Positions 47,427 through 57,581 are shown, counted from the first letter of the stretch. The stretch: 64,000 nt of DNA from an uncultured Terracidiphilus sp. (GCA_964533905.1 CAZHOO010000012.1:1983-65982); one strand, 5' to 3'. The notes: generated from the letters alone by a model not told the origin. Numbers and translations: made by a program.

Positions 47427-48747
47427 GGGCAACCTCCGCGCTCTTGAGCATTGCGAGTGCAGCGCGTTTTCCCCAGGCAACCGCGTCCACCACTTCGCGG
47501 CCCCCGTTCACGCAATCACCACCGGCGTAATATCTCGGATTTCCTGTCTGGCCTGTAGCGCGATCTGCCACAATCTTGCCATCGCGCACCTCAATGCCAC
47601 GCAGCTCCTGCAGAATCTGCGTAAGAGGTGACTGCCCGATCGCCGGCACAACCATGTCGCACGCAATCTCCGCCTCGGACTCCGGAACGCGTTCAAGCTT
47701 CCCTTCCTGCTGCCGCACCTGAACTGTGTCGAGCAGCAACCGTCCGTGCGCTTCTTCCCGGATTGCCACTGGCAACCGGTTCCACAAGAACTGCACACCC
47801 TCCTGCTTGGCGTGCTCATATTCAAAATCAAAAGCCGACATCTCGCTCTCACTGCGCCGGTAGACCATATATACGGTGGACGCTCCCAGCCTGCGCGCCG
47901 CGTTCGCCGCGTCGATCGCCGTGTTCCCCGCTCCGACCACGGCAACCGTCCCGCGCAATTCTTTCAGGTGCCCGGTCTTGTAGGCCGCGATGAGCTCGAG
48001 CGCGTTTATCACGCCGTTCGCCTCCTCGCCGGGAATGTTCAGCCGCTGCATCGCGCCCAGGCCCAATCCCAGAAAGATGCAGTCAAACTCCTTTTCCAGC
48101 GCCTCAAGCGCCGGCGCCGAGTCCACTTCAACTCCACATCGAAATTGAACTCCCAGTCGCCGAATCATCTCCACTTCGCGCACGCTGTCGGCAGCGCGAA
48201 GCTTGTATTCTGCGACGCCATAAGTGTTCAATCCGCCCGGCAAATCACGCCGGTCGATTACCGTCGCTTGCGAGCCTCTGCGGCACAGCTCCGCTGCGCA
48301 CGCGAGCGACGCCGGCCCGCCGCCAATGCAGGCCACGCGCACCTTGCGCGCACCTTGCGCATACATCGGTACCGTTTCACCCGACGCCCAAAATGCATCC
48401 ATTGCGTGCCGCTGTAATTGCCCAATTTGAATCGGCTTCCGGTTCTGCCGCGTCAGCACGCAAGCACCTTCGCACAGCACATCTACCGGGCACACCCGGG
48501 CGCAGCTCGCTCCCAGAATATTCGCGTCCAAAATCCGCATCGCCGATCCGCGCAGATTCCCCGTCGCGATTCGTTTGATGAACCCCGGCACATCGATATG
48601 CGTGGGGCACGCTGCCGTGCACGGTGCGTCAAAACAATTCAGGCAGCGGTCCGACTCAATCACCGCAGCCTGAGTCGTCAGCGGCGGCTTCAGCTCGCTG
48701 AATCGTGCTCGCAGTTGCTCGTCGTCCGATAGTGCTGCACTGCTCAT
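47419..48747 (-). CDS. preT: Dihydropyrimidine dehydrogenase subunit PreT (GltD-like)
   Basis: RCLNCFDAPCTAACP, CARVCP, GGGPAS, GAGNTAID, GGDC. Confidence 0.93.
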   Translation of the reverse strand: MSSAALSDDEQLRARFSELKPPLTTQAAVIESDRCLNCFDAPCTAACPTHIDVPGFIKRIATGNLRGSAMRILDANILGASCARVCPVDVLCEGACVLTRQNRKPIQIGQLQRHAMDAFWASGETVPMYAQGARKVRVACIGGGPASLACAAELCRRGSQATVIDRRDLPGGLNTYGVAEYKLRAADSVREVEMIRRLGVQFRCGVEVDSAPALEALEKEFDCIFLGLGLGAMQRLNIPGEEANGVINALELIAAYKTGHLKELRGTVAVVGAGNTAIDAANAARRLGASTVYMVYRRSESEMSAFDFEYEHAKQEGVQFLWNRLPVAIREEAHGRLLLDTVQVRQQEGKLERVPESEAEIACDMVVPAIGQSPLTQILQELRGIEVRDGKIVADRATGQTGNPRYYAGGDCVNGGREVVDAVAWGKRAALAMLKSAEVAHA

Positions 48748-48837
48748 CGGAACCTCATGAATGCGGGAACACGACATGATTCGTGCCCCCCAACTCACAT
48801 CTGGAAACCCCGGTGCTTTTGCCCCCGAAAAATCGCC

Positions 48838-49707
48838 TTACAATGCCACCAGCGGCCCATACAAATCGGGTCTGCGGTCGCGATAGAACTGCCACGTCCT
48901 CCGCACTTCGGCAATCTCATCAAGATTCAAATCGGCGGTCAGCACTTCATCTTTGTCGCGCGCCGCTTCTGCAATAATCTTCCCGCGAGGATTGCAGAAG
49001 TAGCTCGTTCCATAAAACTCCCCGATGTTCCAGGGTGCCTCAATTCCCACGCGATTGATCGCCGCGATAAAGTATCCGTTCGCCGCAGCATGTGCCGGCT
49101 GCTCCAGTTTCCACAGATACTCGCTCAGCCCCGCCACGGTTGCCGATGGATTGAAAACGATCTCCGCGCCGTTGAGTCCCAAACAGCGCGCGCCCTCCGG
49201 AAAATGCCGGTCGTAACAAATATAGATACCGACTTTTGCGAATCCTAGATCGAAGACCGGGTACCCCAGATTTCCCGGCCGGAAGTAAAATTTTTCCCAG
49301 AAACCCGGTGCAACATGCGGAATATGCGTCTTGCGGTACTTGCCCAGGTAGGCGCCGTCGCTTGCGATCATCGCCGCCGTGTTATAAAAAACGCCTTCCT
49401 GCTCCACCTCATATACGGGCACGACCAATGCTACGTGCAGCTCCTTGGCCAAATTGCGCATGAGCTTGATGGTCGGCCCATCGGGAACCGCTTCCGTCAT
49501 CTCGTACCACTTCGTCTCCTGTTCGGCGCAGAAGTACGGCCCGTTGAAAATCTCCTGCAGGCATACGATTTGCGCTCCCTCATTGGCCGCCTGGCGAATC
49601 AGGCCCACATGCTTCTCCACCATCGCCTTCTTTTGCGCCGGCAGCGGTTCGGTTGCCGGCACTGCATTGGCCGCCTGGATAATGGAACATCGAACAACTC
49701 TTGGCAT
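48838..49707 (-). CDS. Nitrilase-family beta-ureidopropionase
   Basis: CLQE, YRKTHIP, FWEKFYF, ICYDRHFPE (E-K-C triad); first gene of the pyd operon. Confidence 0.9.
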   Translation of the reverse strand: MPRVVRCSIIQAANAVPATEPLPAQKKAMVEKHVGLIRQAANEGAQIVCLQEIFNGPYFCAEQETKWYEMTEAVPDGPTIKLMRNLAKELHVALVVPVYEVEQEGVFYNTAAMIASDGAYLGKYRKTHIPHVAPGFWEKFYFRPGNLGYPVFDLGFAKVGIYICYDRHFPEGARCLGLNGAEIVFNPSATVAGLSEYLWKLEQPAHAAANGYFIAAINRVGIEAPWNIGEFYGTSYFCNPRGKIIAEAARDKDEVLTADLNLDEIAEVRRTWQFYRDRRPDLYGPLVAL

Positions 49708-49833
49708 GGCTCGCCACCTCGAAAAGAAAAGAGTGTGAGTCTTAGAAATTAGCGCAAACAAGTCCATTCGGCAATAGCCCTCCGAAAGCTCGGCCAAGCC
49801 TTCAATCCTTCGTTCCCTCACGAGCGCCTCCTC

Positions 49834-49880
49834 GTACCGCCGGCGTCCTCGCCGGCTGTCGTGCGGGCGTCCTCGCCCGC
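49834..49880. repeat. GTAC/GTAG REP-like double hairpin, copy 2
   Basis: CCGGCTGTCGTGCGGGCGTCCTCGCCCGC identical to 9831-9859. Confidence 0.75.
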
Positions 49881-49950
49881 GCAGGGGCCACTCGCCCCTT
49901 CCGCTTCCCCCGTTTGACTTCACCCCCGCTCGCTCCAATAATCGAAACAG

Positions 49951-50823
49951 ATGAACATCTATGAGGAGATCGTAAAGCTGCAACGTCAGGGCCATCGCGG
50001 GGCCGTCGCCACGATCGTCAACTCGCGCGGCTCCATTCCCTCGTTCCAGAGCGCCAAAATGCTCATTCGAGACGACGGCTCTATCGCCGGTACGATTGGC
50101 GGCGGCTGCGTCGAAGCCGAGGTCTGGCAGGCAGCGCGCGAGGTCATCGCACAGGAAAAGCCGCGCACCCTCACCTTCGACCTCAATCAGGATCCCAAGT
50201 ACGACACGGGCCTTGTCTGCGGTGGCACGCTTGAAATCTTTATCGAGCCCGTGCTCCCCGTCCCGCCGCTCTACATTTTTGGCGCAGGCCACGTTGCCGC
50301 CGAGCTATTCAAGGCCGCCCGCAACGCGGGTTTCGACTGTGTCGTGACCGACGACCGCGAGGCCTACGCCAACGCCGAGCGCTTCCCCAACGCCCTCCAG
50401 GTCATCGCCAAAGACTTCGACGACGCGTTGAAAGATCTCAGCCCCGCCGAGTCCTCCTACATCGTCATTGCCACGCGCGGCCACCGCGACGACATGCGCG
50501 TTTTGCGCTGGGCCGTGCAAACACCGGCTCGCTACATCGGCATGGTCGGCTCCAAACGCAAAGCCATCACGGTGTTTCGCGAGCTCACGCACGAAGGCCT
50601 CAACCCGGAGCTGTTTAGCCGTGTCCATTCACCCGTCGGGCTCGACATTGGCGCCGTAACACCGGAAGAAATCGCGGTCTCCATTGTGGCCGAGCTGGTT
50701 GCCACGCGTCGCCACGCGGAGCGGCCTTTGCCGCACATGAGCTGGTTCCAGAACAGCAGGCACTCCACTGTCCCCGAATCCGCCGTCTCCGGCGAAACCC
50801 TCCCTGTTCCTTCCAAAAAATAG
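49951..50823 (+). CDS. xdhC: XdhC/CoxI molybdenum cofactor chaperone
   Basis: GTIGGGCVE, CGGTL, FGAGHV, ATRGH, YIGMVGS, PVGLDIGA.TPEEIAVSI. Confidence 0.93.
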   Translation: MNIYEEIVKLQRQGHRGAVATIVNSRGSIPSFQSAKMLIRDDGSIAGTIGGGCVEAEVWQAAREVIAQEKPRTLTFDLNQDPKYDTGLVCGGTLEIFIEPVLPVPPLYIFGAGHVAAELFKAARNAGFDCVVTDDREAYANAERFPNALQVIAKDFDDALKDLSPAESSYIVIATRGHRDDMRVLRWAVQTPARYIGMVGSKRKAITVFRELTHEGLNPELFSRVHSPVGLDIGAVTPEEIAVSIVAELVATRRHAERPLPHMSWFQNSRHSTVPESAVSGETLPVPSKK

Positions 50824-50875
50824 GTTCAGCTTTCTCGCACTCTGCCATCTTTTTTCCCTGTTATCTTTATCATTC

Positions 50876-51529
50876 ATGGCCGGCGCTCCAAATCTATGCG
50901 GACTGATTCTCGCGGCTGGCGAGTCTTCGCGCATGGGGTCAGACAAAGCAATGCTTCCCTGGCCTCCGCCTCCGCCCGGAACAATCCAGCCGCCCGGCCC
51001 CACACTTCTTTCTGCGGCCATCCTCGCTTTCCAGCCCCTCACGCGTCTCGTCGTCGTCGTGGCAGGCAACAACGCTCAGGGCGTAGGAATTACCGCCGGC
51101 GCATGTGGAGCACACATGGTCCGCAATCCTCACCCTGAGCTTGGCCAGTTCAGCTCTTTGCAAATGGGTTTGCGTGAAGCCTTATCGCGCGCGTGTGATT
51201 CGGCGATGATTACTCCCGTCGATTGTCCTCCTCTGAGCGCCATATCGCTCCTGCGCCTCTGCGATTCGTTGCAGCGGGCGCGCGCACAAGGCATTTGGGC
51301 CGTCGCCCCAGAGAACGATGGCAAACACGGGCATCCCCTTTTGGTCTCCGACGAAATGATTGTGCGGCTTCTCGATGCGCCCGTCACTGCTAACGCCCGC
51401 GAGGTCCTCCACGCCAACGTAGGGCGCGTGGCCTATGTGTCAGTCCCCGATTCCCTTGAAAGAGCAGGCCTCAACACTCCGGAAGACTATGAGGCAAAAA
51501 CGTCGGGGATCGCGCGGTCTCGCGATTAA
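50876..51529 (+). CDS. mocA: Molybdenum cofactor cytidylyltransferase (MocA-like)
   Basis: ILAAGESSRMG.DK, SSLQMG, PVDCP, GHP, NTPEDY. Confidence 0.82.
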   Translation: MAGAPNLCGLILAAGESSRMGSDKAMLPWPPPPPGTIQPPGPTLLSAAILAFQPLTRLVVVVAGNNAQGVGITAGACGAHMVRNPHPELGQFSSLQMGLREALSRACDSAMITPVDCPPLSAISLLRLCDSLQRARAQGIWAVAPENDGKHGHPLLVSDEMIVRLLDAPVTANAREVLHANVGRVAYVSVPDSLERAGLNTPEDYEAKTSGIARSRD

Positions 51530-51891
51530 GAAAGATCGGTTAACTTTCCCAGCACTGCCGCCAGTGCGTCCATCGCCAGGTGACTTGCGTGCGATGACGC
51601 CGCGGGCAGCCCGCCAACCGCGCGCACCAGCTCCTCCCGGCTCAGTTTCCTCGCCTCGTCCACGGTCTTCCCGCTCACCAGCTCCGTCACCGCCGACCCG
51701 CACGCCATTGCGGCCACACAACCTTTGGCGCGGAAGCGAATCTCGGCGATCCGCCCCTCCGCAGTTTTCACCGTGAGCTCCAGCACATCGCCACAGGCAG
51801 GGTTCGCGATCCGCGCGGACGAATCCGCATCGGCCACCGCCCCAGCGTTGCGCGGATGCTCAAAATAATCGAGAACTTGCGAGGAATACAT
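51526..51891 (-). CDS. IscU/NifU-N family Fe-S scaffold
   Basis: HPRNAG, NPACGD, GCVAAMA; third Cys position reads HA. Confidence 0.85.
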   Translation of the reverse strand: MYSSQVLDYFEHPRNAGAVADADSSARIANPACGDVLELTVKTAEGRIAEIRFRAKGCVAAMACGSAVTELVSGKTVDEARKLSREELVRAVGGLPAASSHASHLAMDALAAVLGKLTDLS

Positions 51892-51934
51892 GCGCCTTGC
51901 CTGCGTTTCTGACCGCTCGCTCCCGCAAGAAAAG

Positions 51935-51971
51935 GGGTGCCCCAGGTCTCGATTCTGAGACCTGGGATAGC
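51935..51971. repeat. GGGTGCCCC-type REP-like hairpin, copy 2
   Basis: GGGTGCCCCAGGTCTC..GAGACCTGGGATAGC. Confidence 0.75.
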
Positions 51972-52012
51972 TAGGGTTTCGTTTTCTGGTTCACGCCGTC
52001 AGGGACGAGAGA

Positions 52013-52453
52013 TCACCGCGCTTCGGCCACTCCGTCCTCCGGATCATGGATGCGTCGCTCGTCCAGAATCTCTGTCACCAAAAAGAGATCTGCGAGCAGT
52101 GCGCGCAAATGAATCGACGCATTTAAGTTGTCGATCAACTGCGAACCGATCGCCGGCTGCGCCAGCACCAAATCGACCGCCACGACCGCGTACCCGGCTT
52201 CTTGCTTAAGTACTTCGAAAAATGCCTCGTACTTTTCCGCCGGCTTAAGCTGCTCTTGCTCCAACAGGTCCCGGCAGCTTTTCCCGAGTCCGCGCATCGC
52301 CTCCGCGGCCCGAGCCAGGTGGTCGCGAAGCAACCGCCCTGCATCGCCGCCGTCGCCTGGCAATCCGCGTGCCGCATAAGAAAGCGTGAATTCGTAGCAC
52401 GCTTCAATCGCCTCGCACTGCCGTTCAATATCAGTCGCCATCGCTTGCGGCAT
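52013..52453 (-). CDS. Helical hypothetical protein, coupled to the molybdoenzyme operon
   Basis: overlaps the cytochrome b stop; IDNLNASIHLRALL segment. Confidence 0.65.
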   Translation of the reverse strand: MPQAMATDIERQCEAIEACYEFTLSYAARGLPGDGGDAGRLLRDHLARAAEAMRGLGKSCRDLLEQEQLKPAEKYEAFFEVLKQEAGYAVVAVDLVLAQPAIGSQLIDNLNASIHLRALLADLFLVTEILDERRIHDPEDGVAEAR

Positions 52454-53291
52454 AACCCTCTTTCGTTTTCGCGTCCGGCGCATTCACAGCCCACCGTCCC
52501 GTGTCGTGTTCCTCTAAGTAGAAATCCCGGCTCATCCAGCCGAAGATCATCGACTTCGTAATGGGCAGCTTTTCCGGCCGAATTCCCATATACACATGCA
52601 CCATGACCAACGCGATCAGCCCCACCCCGGCCAGTCCGTGCAGCACATACATCAGGCCCCACGTCATGTCGCTGAACAAATATGGATTCCGCGTGAAGAT
52701 GCCTGTCTGCACGCGTTTCATCATGAAGAGCCCGGTAACGATTACCGCCAGACCAGTGACCATGATCGCGCCATGATAGAGCTTATTCTCAAGCGGATAC
52801 TTCGCGAACTTCCTTGGTGGCGGCGCAGGTTTACCGAAAAATCGCCACACCCGGTTCATCGCGTCGCGCAGATCGGTCTTGTCCGGCCAGATCGACCAGA
52901 AATCCAGAAAGAACGAGGCATGAACAACGTGATACAGAATCGAAATCGTCAGCACGCATCCCGCAATCCAGTGGTACAACACCCAATTGAACTGAACTCC
53001 GAGCTTAGGCAGGAATGCTGTAAACAGCAGTGTGAACATTGTCGCCGCCATGATCCAGTGAAACAGCCTTGCGGCCAGCGTGTGCCTTGGCACCCGTTCC
53101 GGGATTCCCGCGGCATTCGTTTCCGCTGCCCGCTCCGCAAATCGTTTCGGAGGCTTCACCACGATCAGGTAAAGCGAATGCACGATCATGAAGAACAAGC
53201 CCGCGATCACGGCGACCCAGATCAGTCCCCACGCGATATGCGTCGGCACCGATTGCCCCCACGGGCTTGTCGCCCACTGGATAAACCTCAT
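52431..53291 (-). CDS. Di-heme cytochrome b membrane subunit (FdnI/Ni-hydrogenase b-type)
   Basis: RLFHW, YHW, KYPLENK, VLHG, VHVY His ligands; ATGA overlap with the FAD subunit. Confidence 0.82.
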   Translation of the reverse strand: MRFIQWATSPWGQSVPTHIAWGLIWVAVIAGLFFMIVHSLYLIVVKPPKRFAERAAETNAAGIPERVPRHTLAARLFHWIMAATMFTLLFTAFLPKLGVQFNWVLYHWIAGCVLTISILYHVVHASFFLDFWSIWPDKTDLRDAMNRVWRFFGKPAPPPRKFAKYPLENKLYHGAIMVTGLAVIVTGLFMMKRVQTGIFTRNPYLFSDMTWGLMYVLHGLAGVGLIALVMVHVYMGIRPEKLPITKSMIFGWMSRDFYLEEHDTGRWAVNAPDAKTKEGYAASDGD

Positions 53292-54370
53292 GCCGCCTCC
53301 TGACTGCCGGGGTCGCGTAGCGGGGGGGCAAGCCCGCCTTTGGCTTGCTGGGGTGGCTGACCACTTGGGCCCGCTTCGACGCCCCCGATCGCGCGCTTCA
53401 CCAGGTTTCTCATGAGCGGAATTTTGTAGGCGTTGAATTGGAGTGGCACTGCGCCTTTCACCGCAAGTTCGCCGGCCATTTTGCCGGTTTCCGCATTCGC
53501 AGGTTTTCCGCGCACCAAATCCTCCACTGCTTTCAGCCTCATCGGCTTCGGCGCAGCGGCGTTGACTGCAATCCTGATGTCGCTGATCGTGCCACCGGAC
53601 AGTCTCATCGCCGATGCCACATTCATCAGCGGAAAGTCCCACACGTTGCGATCGCGCACCTTCTCGAAATAGAACTTCGCGCCGGCCCACGTCGCTGGAA
53701 TGCGAATCGCAGTCAGCAGATCGCCTGGCCGCAGAATATTCAGCCGGGTAATGTCCAGCTCCGGGCCGACAAAATAATCTTCCGCGTCCACCACTCGCTC
53801 GCCCTTTGGCGTTCGAATGACAAATTTCGCGTCTAGCGCGATCAACGCCGGGGCCGAATCCGAAGGATGCACCGCCACGCACCGGTCCGCGCCAAAAATC
53901 GCATGCTCGCGGTTGCGTCCCACGGGCGTATCTGCATAACAGATGTTTCCACCGGCGCGGTAGCACGGCCAACCGCCGCGGTAGTACCAACAGCGCGCAT
54001 CCTGCGAGACATTGCCGCCCACCGTTCCCTGATTGCGAATCTGCGGTGAAGCTACTAACTCCACGGCCTGCGACAACACGCCGTAGTCCTTCTGAATCGC
54101 TGGATGATTCGCGATTTCTGTCAGTGTCGTCATCGCGCCGATCTCCAAGCCGTCGCTCGTCGCGTGAATCCCCTTCAGTTCCTCCACGCCGCTCAAATCC
54201 ACCAGCACCTTTGGCTTCTTGATGCGGTCCTTCAGCCAGTCAAAGCTGTCAAGCCCGCCGGCCATCACCCACGCATCTTCGCCGTTCTGCTCCAACAGCT
54301 TCTGCGCTTCCGCGGCAGATTCCGGCTGCAGCAAATCAAACGCCGGCATCACATCTCGAATGACCGCCAT
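53288..54370 (-). CDS. Xdh-family FAD-binding subunit with [4Fe-4S] insertion (PaoB/HcrB-like)
   Basis: AGGLD, ASPQIRNQGTVGGN, RCWYYR..C..C..C, HPSD. Confidence 0.9.
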   Translation of the reverse strand: MAVIRDVMPAFDLLQPESAAEAQKLLEQNGEDAWVMAGGLDSFDWLKDRIKKPKVLVDLSGVEELKGIHATSDGLEIGAMTTLTEIANHPAIQKDYGVLSQAVELVASPQIRNQGTVGGNVSQDARCWYYRGGWPCYRAGGNICYADTPVGRNREHAIFGADRCVAVHPSDSAPALIALDAKFVIRTPKGERVVDAEDYFVGPELDITRLNILRPGDLLTAIRIPATWAGAKFYFEKVRDRNVWDFPLMNVASAMRLSGGTISDIRIAVNAAAPKPMRLKAVEDLVRGKPANAETGKMAGELAVKGAVPLQFNAYKIPLMRNLVKRAIGGVEAGPSGQPPQQAKGGLAPPLRDPGSQEAA

Positions 54371-54395
54371 AACTCTCTCCAATTCACATCTCGCG

Positions 54396-56924
54396 TCAGA
54401 TGTGGGCCAGCAAAGGATTCTGCATCGGGCGCCCGGCTTCGTAGGACGTCAAAATCGTGTCTGCATTCACGGGCGCGCGCTGGAAGATGTTGTCTCCGAG
54501 CGCGTCTGAAAGTGCGTTCAGAATCGCCGCGCATCCTCCGCCCACCGGTGGCTCCCCGCACCCTCGTGCGCCAACCGGCGTCTCCGGATCGGGAATGTTC
54601 AGCGCGCTCCACTCCATGTCCACCGGAACATCCAGTATCGTCGGCGGCCGGTTTTGATAAAAACGCTGCGCCACGCTGATGCCATATTGCGGATCGATCA
54701 CCCACTTCTGGCCAATAGCGTGGCCAATGCCCAGCGTGGATCGCCCCAGGATCTGCCCGCCCAGCGCGGCGGGATGAAGCACCGTGCCCACATCCGCCGA
54801 GGCCAGGTAATCGACGATCTCGTACTTGCCTGTCTCCACGTCGGCTTCCACTTCGGCGAAGCATGCAAGATAGGAATACGAGTCTCCATCGTGCGGAAAT
54901 TTGTCTTTCGCTGAGACCACAAGTCCCTGGCCCGCCAAATTACCCACCGATTGTTTGGTGGCTTTGTTCACGTCGGGATTCACATCGTGACCGTCGTAGA
55001 TTCCACCCAGCTTGATCGCGTGTTGCGCGGCTTCGGCGAAGCTCAGCCCCGCGCCACCGCCTTTGCGCGTCACGCGCAGGTTAGCCACTTCAAATTCTTC
55101 TGGTTCCCCGCCGAGTTTTTTCGCCGCCACTTCCTTGAGCCGCTGCACACATTCAAGGCCGACGGCGTGCGCCGCCCGGGTCATTGCGTGAACTGTCTGG
55201 CTACCGCCCGAGTCGCAGGTATAAGGAAAGTGCTTCGACGTATCGCCCCAAACAATGTCGCATGCGTCCCATGGCACGTCGAGCACTTCAGCCGCCGCGC
55301 GATGCACATCGATTACGGCTTCAGTCCCCAGGTTCCCGATGCCCGATTGAATCTGCACGCGGCCTTGGGGAGTAATGACGATCAGCCCGTCGAAACCCGT
55401 GCTGCCGCCGTGAAAGACAGTGAGCGCAACGCCCACGCCGCGCACCTTGGTGCCAATCTGCTTCGGCTGCCGCGCCACCCGCTCGTTCCATTTGAACTGC
55501 TTTGCGCCTTCGTCCAGCGCCTGCTTCTGGAAGCAGCTTGTGGTGTAAGCGCGCTTGCCCTCTTTGTTCGGGGGTCCGTATTCCGCCTTGCCTTCGGGAC
55601 AATTGATGCGCCGCAACGCGACCTGGTCCACTCCCAGTTGCCGCGCCGCCTTCGCCAAAATAGGCTCCATAATCGCGATGGCCTGCATGCCGCCCGGCGC
55701 GCTCTGCGCGCTGCGCGGCGGAGTGTTCGTTGCCACCGTCACATTCCGGTAGCGCATCGCCGGCGGCTGGTATTGCAACGACGCAATGCTTGCGCACGAG
55801 CCGCCATCCCCGCTCGATCCATAAGATCCTGCGTCACTCACCAGGAACATGTCGACCGCCGTAATGCGGCCTTCCTTGTCGAAACCCACTTTCGTCCGCG
55901 ATCGAATTCCTGGCCTGGCGCGCCCGATGAAATGTTCCTCCTCGCGGCTCACCCGCATCATCACTGGCGCATTGAGTTTTCTTGAGAGCAGCGCCGGAAT
56001 CACCAGCGTTAGCGCGCCAGTGATCTTGCTGCCAAACCCGCCGCCCGTATATTCGCTGATGAAGACAATCTTGTCTTCGTCCATGTGCATCCACCGCGCG
56101 ATGGCGGCAACGGTCTGGAAGGTGCTCTGAGTGCCCGTATAAAGGAAAAGCTTGCCGTTCTGCCAATAGGCCATCGTGGTCCGCGTCTCCAGGCATTGAT
56201 GGCTTACATCCGGGGTCAAGAATGTCTCGTCAAGCACAAGCGCGGCGTCTTTGAATCCTGCGTCCACGTCGCCATACGACCATTCTTCGGTCGCTCGGCC
56301 CATCGGCATGCGGCCTTCCTTCTCGGCAGCAAAGTCTTCGTCGGTCCACTTCACCACAGCTAACTCTGACCCGCGGCCCGACGCCGCCCTCACCCAAACA
56401 TTCCCGTCCTCGCGCGCATTCGAGCTTCCCGGCCGCAGGCTCTCCAACGGATCGGTCGCGAAGGGCAGCGGCTCCATGTCGATCTCGATCGCCTCAATTG
56501 CCTCCGCGCAGGTCAGCTCGTCCACGGCAGCCACCGCCAGGATGGGTTCTCCCTGGTACATCGGCTCGTCTGCCAACGCAAGCTCGCCCCATCTGTCTGC
56601 CTTGATCATGGTGCCGTTGTCGTTCATATACGCTGCGTGACCCGGAACATCTGATGGAGTGAGAATCGCCTTCACCCCCGGCATCGCCAGCGCTTTGTCC
56701 GCGCGGATGCTCTTCACGCGCGCGTGCGGCATCGGGCTAAGCACCAGCCGGCAAAACAGCATCCCCTCCGCGCGGAAATCCTCCGCATACTTCGACTTCC
56801 CAGTCACCTTCGCCACTTGGTCGTTGGTCGAGTAGTCCTTGCCGATCAGCTTGTATCCAGTGCCATAGGGCCGCGGTTGCTCCTGCTCGGCCTTCATCGC
56901 GTTCGTCTCGGGAGCGTCAGGCAT
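54396..56924 (-). CDS. Xdh-family molybdopterin-binding subunit
   Basis: KVTGKSKY, GGGFGSK, SGGSQT, DVGTV, GARGCGEPP, ILNAL. Confidence 0.93.
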   Translation of the reverse strand: MPDAPETNAMKAEQEQPRPYGTGYKLIGKDYSTNDQVAKVTGKSKYAEDFRAEGMLFCRLVLSPMPHARVKSIRADKALAMPGVKAILTPSDVPGHAAYMNDNGTMIKADRWGELALADEPMYQGEPILAVAAVDELTCAEAIEAIEIDMEPLPFATDPLESLRPGSSNAREDGNVWVRAASGRGSELAVVKWTDEDFAAEKEGRMPMGRATEEWSYGDVDAGFKDAALVLDETFLTPDVSHQCLETRTTMAYWQNGKLFLYTGTQSTFQTVAAIARWMHMDEDKIVFISEYTGGGFGSKITGALTLVIPALLSRKLNAPVMMRVSREEEHFIGRARPGIRSRTKVGFDKEGRITAVDMFLVSDAGSYGSSGDGGSCASIASLQYQPPAMRYRNVTVATNTPPRSAQSAPGGMQAIAIMEPILAKAARQLGVDQVALRRINCPEGKAEYGPPNKEGKRAYTTSCFQKQALDEGAKQFKWNERVARQPKQIGTKVRGVGVALTVFHGGSTGFDGLIVITPQGRVQIQSGIGNLGTEAVIDVHRAAAEVLDVPWDACDIVWGDTSKHFPYTCDSGGSQTVHAMTRAAHAVGLECVQRLKEVAAKKLGGEPEEFEVANLRVTRKGGGAGLSFAEAAQHAIKLGGIYDGHDVNPDVNKATKQSVGNLAGQGLVVSAKDKFPHDGDSYSYLACFAEVEADVETGKYEIVDYLASADVGTVLHPAALGGQILGRSTLGIGHAIGQKWVIDPQYGISVAQRFYQNRPPTILDVPVDMEWSALNIPDPETPVGARGCGEPPVGGGCAAILNALSDALGDNIFQRAPVNADTILTSYEAGRPMQNPLLAHI

Positions 56925-56927
56925 GGC

Positions 56928-57581
56928 TCAGGACCTCCTCTGCGAGGCCGCGGGCACGCCGTCACGTATGTATTCGGCCCCACGCATCATCGAGTCCAGT
57001 ATTTTGTTGTAATCCTGGCACCGGCAAAGGTTGCCGCTGATCCCATGCGCCAGCTCCTTGCGCGTCGGCGTGGGGTGCGTCTTCAGAAATCCAACCGCCG
57101 ACATGATGAACCCCGACATGCAGAACGCGCACTGGAATCCTTGTTCGTCCACCACCGCCTGCTGCACCGGGTGAAGCGTCCCATCAGCCGCCGCCAATCC
57201 TTCAATCGTCGTAACGCTCTTGCCGCGCACGGTATTCGTCAGGACTGAGCAGCTATAGTGCGGTACGTCGTCGATCAGCACTGTGCACGCGCCGCACTCA
57301 GCCCGATCGCACCCCAACTTCGTTCCCGTCAGCCCCAGCTTGTAGCGCAATGTCCAGGCCAGCGTCTCCTGCTTCATGACTTCAACGCGTCGCATCTTGC
57401 CGTTCACGTTGATCGTAATCAGCCGCTCGCCGGCGCTGCGCATGCGCCCGCCCGGCGACAGGATCTTGTAGCTCGCCGCACCCACCATCGCGCCGCCGGC
57501 AATCACGCCCAGGATGAACCGGCGTCTCGTAACCTGGTTGGCTTTACTCTCGCTCGTATTGGATTTGTCCATCTCCGGCAC
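56928..57581 (-). CDS. Xdh-family 2x[2Fe-2S] subunit with Tat signal (PaoA-like)
   Basis: TRRRFILG twin-arginine motif; GCDRAECGAC, QCAFC, NLCRC. Confidence 0.92.
   Translation of the reverse strand: MPEMDKSNTSESKANQVTRRRFILGVIAGGAMVGAASYKILSPGGRMRSAGERLITINVNGKMRRVEVMKQETLAWTLRYKLGLTGTKLGCDRAECGACTVLIDDVPHYSCSVLTNTVRGKSVTTIEGLAAADGTLHPVQQAVVDEQGFQCAFCMSGFIMSAVGFLKTHPTPTRKELAHGISGNLCRCQDYNKILDSMMRGAEYIRDGVPAASQRRS

Noticed and set aside
49708-50292. N-terminal extension of the nitrilase ORF
   Set aside because: Runs through a REP element and antisense to xdhC; the real start is 49707 with a GAGGT RBS
53292-53990. N-terminal extension of the cytochrome b ORF
   Set aside because: Alternative frame of the FAD subunit; the real start is 53291 (GGAGG RBS, ATGA coupling)
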